Shown one piece after another: positions 1-8,604 of a stretch of DNA of 64,000 nucleotides (the stretch's first letter is position 1; each line of letters begins with the position of its first letter). A model generated the notes under the pieces. The model was not told where the DNA came from. It worked only from the letters and a program-made list of their open reading frames with translations, and ran no database searches. A program made the translations under genes and the position numbers. The stretch is taken from the NCBI GenBank assembly GCA_035623825.1, contig DASPSR010000022.1:64001-128000 (forward strand), in the 5' to 3' direction. Source of the DNA: Nitrospirota bacterium. GTDB lineage: Bacteria; Nitrospirota; UBA9217.

Positions 1-259
1 CTAGGCGGCCAGAAAAAAATATTTGATGGATATGTAATCAAAAAGCCTACGGGCGAGCAGATTATCATCAGCTATCCGACACCTCACTTCGGCTTCATTA
101 TTCAAAGCTCTTTTAAGTAGCGCGTATTCTCGTGAATAAAGAAAAAGATTATCGATCTCTCGCGTCTGTTTGTGAGATTTGTCGGAAAACAGCGGCTGTC
201 CCAATATTCCTGATCGCTCCGGTTAAGGCAAAGATTTCATGATAAAAAATACGTTGGAG

Positions 260-465
260 CTATTATCTGTTGATAACTTTATATCCCTTTAAAAATATGA
301 GGAATTTTCAGTCTATCATGATAAGTTATTGATTTTACTGAGTTTGCACTGCTTATTCTGTATGCAAGTTACAATTTCGTTACGATTATAAGGCCTGAAA
401 TTATCTATCTAACCCAGTATTCAACAAGTTATCAACATATTTTGTTTATAGTATAAGTAACCAAT
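260..465. other. AT-rich non-coding segment with DnaA-box-like 9-mers and an IHF consensus site (oriC-like)
   Basis: TGTTGATAA at 268-276, TATTCAACA at 418-426, TTATCAACA at 429-437. TAAGTTATTGATT at 322-334 fits IHF YAANNNNTTGATW. Confidence 0.35.
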
Positions 466-492
466 TCTTCCTTCGATCTCCCGACATCCCAA

Positions 493-521
493 TTGACATA
501 TCCAGTTCTGACTGCTATCAT
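493..521 (+). promoter_or_regulatory. sigma70-type promoter of the antiporter gene
   Basis: TTGACA-17 bp-TATCAT with TG extension, about 55 bp upstream of the ATG. Confidence 0.65.
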
Positions 522-575
522 TGCTCCGGAAAAATGCCTTGACCTGCTGCGCCGAGCTCCTCTGAGGGGGAATCA

Positions 576-1814
576 ATGCAATCTTCTGCCTCGATTGAAA
601 TTGCCAAACAGATCCTTCTTACCTTCAGCATAATCCTTGCCACGGGCGCTGTGTCCGGAGCTTTTGCCAAAAGGCTGAAAATACCTGACGTGGCTGTTTT
701 TCTCGTAGCCGGTGTAATTCTGGGACCGGAGGCCTTCGGTCTCATAACGGTAAAGGCCGAGTCGGTATTGAACCAGATTATTCTGATATTCGGTTCGTGT
801 TACATTCTCTTTGACGGCGGAGCGACCGTGCGTCTATCGGTCCTCAGAGAGGTCTGGATAACGATCGTCGTCATCGCAACGGTCGGCGTCCTGATTACGG
901 CGGGTGTAACGGGCATTGCAGCCCATTTTATCTTTGACGTACCGCTCATCATTGCGTTGCTTCTCGGGGCAGTGCTGGCTGCAACCGATCCGGCGACCCT
1001 TATTCCCATCTTCAAGCAGATCCGGATTGAGGACCGAATCGCTCAGACGATCATGAGCGAATCAGCGTTCAATGACGCGGTAGGCGCTGTCGTTACTTTC
1101 GCCGTCCTCGCAGTGGCGACAGGGGCGGAGAAATTCTCGATCCAGTCCTCATTGACCGATCTCATGAAGCAATCACTTCTCGGCATCGCTGCAGGAGCGG
1201 CGGTGGGATATGGTGCGGCATCCCTGATAGCTCATCAAAAATACAACCTCCTTTCCGAGTATGCCCCCGGGGTGACCCTAATGTCCGTTCTCGGAGCATA
1301 CTTGGGCGCGGATGGGCTGCATGCCAGCGGATTCATGGCTGTCTTCGTCTTCGGCATTATTCTCGGAAATAAGAACGTGTTCGGCTTCCGGATGGAAAGG
1401 CGCGAAGAGGAAAGAATCGAGGACTTCGTTCTCAGAACGGCCTTCGTCATGAGGATGTTCATTTTCATTCTGCTTGGGGCGCAAGTCGATTTCGGCTTGA
1501 TGAAGCAGTATCTTGCGGGCGGATTCGCGGTGGTCCTGATCTTCATGCTTATAGCTCGCCCGCTCACCGTGTTTGCCAGTGCCCTGGCCGATCGAAGGGC
1601 AAAGTGGAGCTTCAAGGAAATGCTTCTTATGTGCTGGACCAGGGAGACTGGGGTCATACCTGCCGCTCTTGCGGGGCTCCTTATAGGCATGAACGCCCCG
1701 GGGGCGAAGATGATCGCATCGGTGACGTTCATCGCTATCGTGACGACCATCCTCATTCAGGCAACGACGACGCGTCTGCTCGCCCGAAAGCTCGGTCTGC
1801 TTCTCGAAGAATAA
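576..1814 (+). CDS. CPA1/NhaP-type Na+(K+)/H+ antiporter
   Basis: About 12 hydrophobic segments; LFDGG, ATDP and ESAFND motifs typical of CPA1 exchangers; SD GAGGGG. Confidence 0.9.
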   Translation: MQSSASIEIAKQILLTFSIILATGAVSGAFAKRLKIPDVAVFLVAGVILGPEAFGLITVKAESVLNQIILIFGSCYILFDGGATVRLSVLREVWITIVVIATVGVLITAGVTGIAAHFIFDVPLIIALLLGAVLAATDPATLIPIFKQIRIEDRIAQTIMSESAFNDAVGAVVTFAVLAVATGAEKFSIQSSLTDLMKQSLLGIAAGAAVGYGAASLIAHQKYNLLSEYAPGVTLMSVLGAYLGADGLHASGFMAVFVFGIILGNKNVFGFRMERREEERIEDFVLRTAFVMRMFIFILLGAQVDFGLMKQYLAGGFAVVLIFMLIARPLTVFASALADRRAKWSFKEMLLMCWTRETGVIPAALAGLLIGMNAPGAKMIASVTFIAIVTTILIQATTTRLLARKLGLLLEE

Positions 1815-2153
1815 GATAGACAGGGTGTAAGCACCATCTGCAGAGTTTATGGCGGCACAGTCATGAGCGGCAATCGTCACAAGCCCCACTTCTGCGAATC
1901 ACGGCCAGTAGTGAAATTTTCAGTAACAACATTGGGAACACCCCAAGCGTGTGTATGCCTTGTGCATGATTCCCACGTGATTTTATGGCATGATTAGGCT
2001 TGCTTAACAACGGGCGATGATATATAGTAAAGACAGATAGTGAAAGAATGACCTGCACGCCGGAGGGATGTTGCCCTTGTTCCGAGAGAGAGGATGATAA
2101 TGCCTGACTCTCCGCACGCTTAAGACCAGCCTGTGCATTTGACGGAATTTCCA

Positions 2154-3479
2154 ATGAACCCTATTTGCATAGTAGATGACGAATCTTCCATCGGTACCAC
2201 CATAGCCGGCATCCTGAGGGATGAAGGGTATCAGGCCGTGGTATTTCCGGATGCCGAGAGCTTCTGGCATAAGCTTGACATCATGGAGCCGTCTCTCGTG
2301 CTGCTGGATGTCTGGCTGCCGGGCATGGACGGCATGCAGCTCCTGAAAAGACTGAGGGAGCGGTATCCGTTGCTCCCTGTCATCATGATGAGCGGCCATG
2401 CCCGCATCGAGGCGGCTGTTGCGGCCATCAAGGACGGCGCCTATGATTTTCTCGAAAAACCGCTGCATCTTGAGGTCCTTGTCGACAAGGTGAAGTCCGC
2501 GCTGAAGCACCGGCCCGCCAGCCGCGACGCGGACCTGCCTTCGGATACGAGGCTTGAAATAGCCGATGCTGATCTATCGATCCCTCCCGGTACGGTAGAA
2601 GTTTCGGATTCCCCCGTGCCGCAGCGCACCATCAAGGGCAACGTTGTCCTGAACGGCATCGGACTTCTTAGCGGACGGAACACCGGCATCATCTTGAACC
2701 CGCTCGGGATCAATGAGGGGATAGTCTATCAGACGCTGGACGGCCATTCCATCAAAGGCCATATCACCTCCGTTGAGGACTACTCCCAGCCAGGGGCGAA
2801 GAAGACCTTCTCAGCGAACTCAACCGCCCTGTATAACGGAAGGCGGAAAGTGCGTACCGTCGAACACCTCATGGCGGTCCTTTCCATGTACGGCATCACG
2901 AACGTCCTGATCAAGGTCGATGAGGAGATCCCGAACGTCGACGGTTCTGCAAAGGACTTCTGCGATCTCATAGAGGAAGCGGGATTAGTAGAACAGTCCG
3001 CCTTCACCAAGGTCGCCATCATCCGCAGCAAGATAGGAGTGGGGAATGAGGGCCGCCAGGAAAAGCATCTCTACGCGGAGCCCTTTGAAGGATTCGAAAT
3101 ATCGATGCGCGTCGACTACCCGCCGCCCATCGGAGAACAGGTTCTTTCATTCAATCCGGCAAAAGATTCCTTTAAGAAGGAGATAGCCCCGGCCCGCTCT
3201 TTCAACACATTCGAAAATATCGAAATGGCCCAGAAGCTCGGAAAGGTCGGCGGCGGGTATCTTAATTCCCACATTATTATGTACGACGGCAAGGTCATCA
3301 ATACCGAACTTAGGTATGCCGACGAATTCGTGCGCCACAAGATATTGGACCTGATCGGAGACCTCTATCTTCTGGGCTTGCCCATCAGCGGGCGCATTAC
3401 CGCCAACATGACGTCCCATGGATACAATCAAGCGCTCGTGCAGCGCTTGTACCAGGCTGTCCAGAGCAGCACCCGGTGA
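2154..3479 (+). CDS. lpxC: Response-regulator receiver domain fused to UDP-3-O-acyl-GlcNAc deacetylase
   Basis: N-terminal REC (VDDE, LLD52VWLPGMDG, MSGH, FLEKP). C-terminal LpxC (QRTI..GIGLLSG, TVEHLMA, EIAPARSF, RHKILDLIGDL, SHGYN). Confidence 0.88.
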   Translation: MNPICIVDDESSIGTTIAGILRDEGYQAVVFPDAESFWHKLDIMEPSLVLLDVWLPGMDGMQLLKRLRERYPLLPVIMMSGHARIEAAVAAIKDGAYDFLEKPLHLEVLVDKVKSALKHRPASRDADLPSDTRLEIADADLSIPPGTVEVSDSPVPQRTIKGNVVLNGIGLLSGRNTGIILNPLGINEGIVYQTLDGHSIKGHITSVEDYSQPGAKKTFSANSTALYNGRRKVRTVEHLMAVLSMYGITNVLIKVDEEIPNVDGSAKDFCDLIEEAGLVEQSAFTKVAIIRSKIGVGNEGRQEKHLYAEPFEGFEISMRVDYPPPIGEQVLSFNPAKDSFKKEIAPARSFNTFENIEMAQKLGKVGGGYLNSHIIMYDGKVINTELRYADEFVRHKILDLIGDLYLLGLPISGRITANMTSHGYNQALVQRLYQAVQSSTR

Positions 3480-3585
3480 CGCATGGGTTTCACGATCACT
3501 CTATTGTAAATTCCATCACTCGGCATTTCTCTGCCTCTTCTGGGTATTCCCGCCAGCAGTTTCCTGTGAGGACGGAAGGAGGAAG

Positions 3586-5028
3586 CTACATTATCTCAGA
3601 GACGGTATCGGCATCTCTGACATGCCCTAGCATCTTGAGCGGGCCCACTGTGGACCTCCTCTTATCCACGACATAGACGCTTCCCCCTATGGTCTTGGCG
3701 TACTCTTTCAGTTCCGCGGCAATTTCCGACACTTCGAGCGGGTTGTTCAAGCTGCGCTGGACATTTGTTACGATCGCTACGGATATTGTCATGATCGGGA
3801 ACCTGATCTCTTCTCCTAGCCTGTTGCTGCCGAGAATATATCCATTGTCACGGTCACACTGATCGTAGAACCCCGGTATGCGCCGGTCAAACTCACTTAT
3901 GATTTCACTGCAGATATGGTGCATGTACTTGGGCGTGGTGATGACCACAAAGTCGTCGCCGCCCACGTGACCAACGAAATCCTCGTGAATACCGTTACTT
4001 TTAACAGCATTCTCAATGATTCGCGCGGTTTCTTTAATCACTTCGCTGCCATGGGCATAACCGTAGCGGTCGTTGAATGCCTTGAAGTTGTTCATGTCCA
4101 GGACGCAGAATGCCATAGGTTGTTTCGATTCGAGACGTTTTTTCAGCACGTTTTCAATGGCGATTCCCCCGGGGAGACGAGTGAGCGCATTTGCATCGAG
4201 GTGCAACTCCTCGAGCTGCTGCAGCCTCTTGCCCATGGAGAGAAAAGATTCCGAGAGGTTGCCGACCTCATCTTTTGTATTAATCCGAGGGTCATAATCG
4301 AAGTGCCCTTTCGCAATATGCTCCGTTGCGACACTAAGCTTGTGGATAGAGAAGCAAATATGGCGGGTCACGATTATACCGGCCAAGCCGCCAATTATTA
4401 TGCTAAAAATACAGAGCAGCGCTGTGGTGACAAAAGCGAAACGACCGATCCGGCCGATTCGTTCCATCATGTTTGCCTGGGATTCTTTCGCCTCGACCGA
4501 CATTGCCTGGATCGTTTTGAAAAGCCGTATCCACTTGTTCTTTAGCTGACCACTTGATAGGGAGCTCGCTTTCGCCGCATTCCCGCTCTTTATCAGAGCC
4601 ACTTCCTTGACGAACAAATCGCTGTACTGCCGGTGGAGGCTCTCTAAGTTTTTGATGGGCAGGCCTTTTTGGCCGGGGAGCCCATCGAGTACGGCAAGCC
4701 AATGATTGAACTCTTTTCCACGCTTCCAGAACAGATCGACCATATTGCCTTTCAGGATCAGGTATCGTTTCTCATAATTGTCTTGAGCCAGGATTGCATC
4801 GAGCATTTTCTCCGACACTTCTTGTACGGGGATGTCAACCGTGATAATACTCTTGTTGAGGCTGTTCAGTCGCAGAAGGCTGATCAGTGCAAAGGCCACA
4901 ACAACCACTGTCAGCACAGCCAGCATCATATAACCAAGTATCATCTTGCTTACGATGTCCAATCTGGCGAAAAGCTTGTTAGGGGTCAGGAAATCCAATA
5001 TTCTATGCTGTACAGGGGGCTTCATCAT
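3586..5028 (-). CDS. Membrane sensor HAMP-GGDEF dinucleotide cyclase (Hypr-like signature)
   Basis: 2 TM segments, HAMP (KDEVGNLSESF), FKAFNDRYGYAHGS, HVGGDDF. Confidence 0.88.
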   Translation of the reverse strand: MMKPPVQHRILDFLTPNKLFARLDIVSKMILGYMMLAVLTVVVVAFALISLLRLNSLNKSIITVDIPVQEVSEKMLDAILAQDNYEKRYLILKGNMVDLFWKRGKEFNHWLAVLDGLPGQKGLPIKNLESLHRQYSDLFVKEVALIKSGNAAKASSLSSGQLKNKWIRLFKTIQAMSVEAKESQANMMERIGRIGRFAFVTTALLCIFSIIIGGLAGIIVTRHICFSIHKLSVATEHIAKGHFDYDPRINTKDEVGNLSESFLSMGKRLQQLEELHLDANALTRLPGGIAIENVLKKRLESKQPMAFCVLDMNNFKAFNDRYGYAHGSEVIKETARIIENAVKSNGIHEDFVGHVGGDDFVVITTPKYMHHICSEIISEFDRRIPGFYDQCDRDNGYILGSNRLGEEIRFPIMTISVAIVTNVQRSLNNPLEVSEIAAELKEYAKTIGGSVYVVDKRRSTVGPLKMLGHVRDADTVSEIM

Positions 5029-5574
5029 ATAATTCTTTTAAATAACAGATTGTTACCAATGCTATCAAAGTTATACCTTAGTATTACAAAATATTAACTA
5101 ATAATATTAGTTTTGTCAAGTATTTTTATTATAATGTTGCAGGCCTGTCTTTGGTCAGGGTTTAAGAAAAACCGGTATTTTTCTCGGGGCTCCAGGTCTT
5201 TTAACGATATTCAAAGCAAAATTTTCGAAAACGGCGTCACTGTCTTCGGCTGGACCTCCAGCCGTATGCCTGAGAATCAGCCGTCCGCGATCGCCGAGGG
5301 GACATTTTCATTTTGGCTTGACAACAGGGGAAGAAATACTTTAAAAAATTTTCATTTTATGATATAGTGCCCTTGGATTGTTTCACGTAGCCCATATGCA
5401 CGAGGGGTTCTGCAGACGCTGGTAAGTTTGCGCCCGATTTGAACTCGGAGCTCTTTAAGCTTATCGCCTCGATGGATTGTGATCTGAATCACGGTCTAAA
5501 ACGTAACAGTCTTTTATAATCAGAGTGAGCATCATTAGTTTGAAAACGAAGGCACAGGAGAGGGCTTTAAGATT

Positions 5575-6096
5575 ATGATGACAAGAAGGCTCTTTTTGCA
5601 GTCAATGGCGCTTGTTGCCCTGTCCGGCTACACCAGGAACGTCTTTGGACTCGATAAAAGAGAGAGGGCGCTGAATCTTTACAACATCCATACCGGAGAA
5701 AGACTCGATGCAACGTATTATTCCTCGGGGATCTACGACCATGACGCCATGAGCGAGATCAATAACATCTTTCGGTGCCATTATACCAATGAGGTAAAAC
5801 CCATGGATGTCAAAGTTGTCGACCTCCTGTGTGACATAAAGGACGCTCTCGGGAAAGACAGAGAGGTGCTCATCGTTTCAGGATACCGATCACATGTCTA
5901 TAACGAATATCTGCTGAGTAACGGGAAGGGCGTGGTAAGTAACAGTATGCATCTCCAGGGGCGAGCAATAGATTTCCGCATCCCCCGTGTTGATAACCAT
6001 AAGCTTGCGACTCTGGCAAAGTCCTTTTATGCGGGCGGGGTCGGGAAATACCCTGAGTTCGTTCATATCGATGACGGGCGAGTCAGGTACTGGTAA
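5575..6096 (+). CDS. YcbK/MepK-family (DUF882, peptidase M15) peptidoglycan endopeptidase, Tat-exported
   Basis: TRRLFL Tat motif; HTGE, SGYRS, SMHLQGRAID, FVHIDDG..RYW. Confidence 0.88.
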   Translation: MMTRRLFLQSMALVALSGYTRNVFGLDKRERALNLYNIHTGERLDATYYSSGIYDHDAMSEINNIFRCHYTNEVKPMDVKVVDLLCDIKDALGKDREVLIVSGYRSHVYNEYLLSNGKGVVSNSMHLQGRAIDFRIPRVDNHKLATLAKSFYAGGVGKYPEFVHIDDGRVRYW

Positions 6097-6181
6097 TCGT
6101 AGAGAAAACCTCGTCACGCCGCATCGTTCTATTTCAACCACCTGAAAAACAAGAACCGATCAGACAAAAATCCTTCCTAAC

Positions 6182-7012
6182 CTATCTGGAGCGACGTCTG
6201 CTTCCCGGCGCATTGCCAATGATCAGGACCTTGGGCCCGTCTTCCAAGGGGCGTAATCCATCGCTATCAGGGGGCTGTGCGATGACCCATTCAAAGAGCT
6301 TCCGGGCATCTTCGAGTTCCGGCTGCACGGGATTTTTATAATATTCATTCTGCATGGCCTCGTCGTAAAGACCAATACAACCGTGTGATGCCGGATACCC
6401 GGGTAGGTCGCGGCCATGAAACCAGTAGGAGACCCCGTCTCTGTCTATGTGGAACCTGAGCCCGTAGTTCATCGGATAGAATGTGGATGTGTTCGGAATT
6501 TGGTATAATGACGACTCATGCTTCCTGCTGTATGCGGTTATCCTGAATTCACCCGTCGGGGTTTTGTTTTCCGGATTCCCTGTTGCGATGGGCGTTGAGA
6601 ACACCAGCTCCCCGTATTCATAAGCGCCGAGGAACTGCTCCGAGAGGTCCACGAGGATAAATTTAGCCTCTGATTCAGCGGGTTGATAGTGACGGGGCAT
6701 CGGCGTATAGTCCCGTATATCATCCAGACGTTTGGGGACTTTAAGGTACATGCCGGGGTATGTGTGACGCCTGTCTATCCTGTTAAAACGGGCAACGTCC
6801 TGCCACCTATCACCGAACATGCTTTCGAGCGTTTCGCCTTTGAGCAGACGTTGACAGTTCCATTCTATCGCCATATCGCTCATGTGATTGATTTTACAAG
6901 GGGAATAGGCCGTCTTCGCCGCTACGCTCCCCGAGTGGCTGATCGCGAGGAGCAGTGAAAGGCCGGCAAGCAAAAAGAAATTAGGGACTGAAATTGTCCT
7001 GTTTTTCATCAT
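6182..7012 (-). CDS. L,D-transpeptidase (YkuD family)
   Basis: Signal peptide; VDLSEQ, TPTGEF, HG..PGYPASHGCI catalytic motif. Confidence 0.88.
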   Translation of the reverse strand: MMKNRTISVPNFFLLAGLSLLLAISHSGSVAAKTAYSPCKINHMSDMAIEWNCQRLLKGETLESMFGDRWQDVARFNRIDRRHTYPGMYLKVPKRLDDIRDYTPMPRHYQPAESEAKFILVDLSEQFLGAYEYGELVFSTPIATGNPENKTPTGEFRITAYSRKHESSLYQIPNTSTFYPMNYGLRFHIDRDGVSYWFHGRDLPGYPASHGCIGLYDEAMQNEYYKNPVQPELEDARKLFEWVIAQPPDSDGLRPLEDGPKVLIIGNAPGSRRRSR

Positions 7013-7228
7013 AACTCATAACTCCTCTTCATGGACGTCTCAAAGGCCGCTGCAGCCTTCCTCAAAGCGTCCGCATCGGATTTGAGCCCATGCAGCGTGT
7101 CCGAAACACCTTGAATCATTCCCTGATTATATTATAGTGCAGATTTTCCCTGTTGTCACGATAGCGCGCAGGGGGAGCCGATCGATTCATATCAACAAAA
7201 TATAAAAGCACGAACAGACTCGATCGCT

Positions 7229-7257
7229 TTGACAGCCGGATTCTTTTTTCGTATAAT
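7229..7257 (+). promoter_or_regulatory. Perfect-consensus sigma70 promoter of the groES-like gene
   Basis: TTGACA-17 bp-TATAAT; SD GGAGGAGG before ATG 7286. Confidence 0.8.
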
Positions 7258-7285
7258 AAGGCATTATCATGGGAGGAGGAATCCG

Positions 7286-7882
7286 ATGAAACTAAAACCG
7301 TTGCACGACTGGGCCGTGATTCTGCCCTCGACAGGTGATGAAAGGACCGCCGGTGGCCTGTATATCCCGGACACGGCGAAGGTCAAGCCGCAGGAAGGGG
7401 TGGTTGAGGCCGTCGGGCCGGGGGCGTATGAGGAGAAGAAACGCGGCAAGAAGACGAAGGAAGAGAAGCAGCGCAAATTTTTTTCCACGACAGTAAAGCC
7501 GGGCGACCATGTGCTCTACGAGCAGTATGCGGGGCAGACCTATAAAATAAATGGTGAGGAGCGCATACTGGTGCGGGAGCGTGATATTCTCGGCATTCTG
7601 CCGGAAAGACCATTGCAGATTCCCTCCATTACAGCCTCTGCGGGAACAACGGCGCTCACAAAGCGTGCGGCGCGTCCACGCGAGGAAACGTTGAAGCCCG
7701 GGAAGTCATCAGGAAAGACAGCGGGAAAAACGACGATGAGAGCTGCTTCGGAACCTGCTCCGAAAAAGAAGGCATCTAAAAAGGCCGCTCCGAAGGCGGC
7801 AAGGAAGAAGACCGCGGCCAAATCAACAAGGAAGGCCTCGGGCAGCGGGGCCAAAGGCAGGAAAACGGGGAAAAAGAAATAG
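7286..7882 (+). CDS. groES: GroES/Cpn10 co-chaperonin paralogue with a Lys/Ala-rich histone-H1-like C-terminal tail
   Basis: MKLKPLHD, mobile loop TAGGLYIPDTAK, VEAVGPG, VKPGD, RERDILG, then about 90 aa of basic low-complexity tail. Confidence 0.8.
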   Translation: MKLKPLHDWAVILPSTGDERTAGGLYIPDTAKVKPQEGVVEAVGPGAYEEKKRGKKTKEEKQRKFFSTTVKPGDHVLYEQYAGQTYKINGEERILVRERDILGILPERPLQIPSITASAGTTALTKRAARPREETLKPGKSSGKTAGKTTMRAASEPAPKKKASKKAAPKAARKKTAAKSTRKASGSGAKGRKTGKKK

Positions 7883-7891
7883 GGGCGTACC

Positions 7892-8482
7892 ATGGATGAC
7901 GACGTCGAATCGCGCGTGAATAAGATACGACAGCTTTTGGCACAGGAGATTGAGGACGGCGAGAACCTGGCCGCCGAGGCACGGAAAATGATCGCATACC
8001 TTCTTCTCGAAAAGAAGGGGTATCGACCGGATGATGTCCAAAGAGGCGTGGCCTTCGAGGTGGAACTCGGCGGGGGAGCAGCCATGTCCTCGGTGGATTT
8101 TATCGTTTCAGTCGACGGTATGAAGGCCATGATCGTTAAGTGTGCAGCGGGCTCGCTGGACTCCCGGCAGCGGCAGGCCGTTGCCGCTGCGAGGGTAATA
8201 GCCTCACCCCCTGTCCCGATTGCGGTCGTTGCTGACCCGGAGAACGCGGAGGTCATCGATGTAGCGACCGGCAAGGTGATCGGAGAGGGCTTCGGCGCCA
8301 TTCCTGTCAAGGGACAGCTTGTCCGAATCCTCGCTGAAACGGAAACCAAACCTCTTGCCCTCGATCGCATTGAGAAGGAAAAGCGCATTCTCCTGGCATT
8401 CGATGCCATCAAGTGCTGCGTTCCGCAGGGGACGGACGGGGGAGTGCAGCTTAAGAGCGGCGAAGTGAAAGAAATGAGCTGA
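7892..8482 (+). CDS. Stand-alone HsdR-N-terminal-like (restriction endonuclease fold) protein
   Basis: LLEKKGY, VDFIV..MIVKC, GSL.SR.RQ.VAAAR, PIAVV pattern resembles HSDR_N_2-like proteins. Confidence 0.55.
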   Translation: MDDDVESRVNKIRQLLAQEIEDGENLAAEARKMIAYLLLEKKGYRPDDVQRGVAFEVELGGGAAMSSVDFIVSVDGMKAMIVKCAAGSLDSRQRQAVAAARVIASPPVPIAVVADPENAEVIDVATGKVIGEGFGAIPVKGQLVRILAETETKPLALDRIEKEKRILLAFDAIKCCVPQGTDGGVQLKSGEVKEMS

Positions 8483-8604
8483 ACAGGCAGGTCAGGATTA
8501 ACCGCGCCGCCGCGAAGAGCCTTGTCCTCAAAGAGAACGCATGAGGATTTTTGTCCTTAGCGGCGTCGCGGCAGATTGGTTCCCCCCTCAACTTCCTTTT
8601 TGGT

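Noticed and set aside
1-204. 67-aa ORF at the window edge
   Set aside because: AT-rich, no SD or recognisable motif; likely non-coding.
522-575. Na+/Li+ or fluoride riboswitch upstream of the antiporter
   Set aside because: The leader is short and I could not match a known aptamer consensus by eye.
7200-7285. CIRCE element before the groES-like gene
   Set aside because: No TTAGCACTC-N9-GAGTGCTAA is present.
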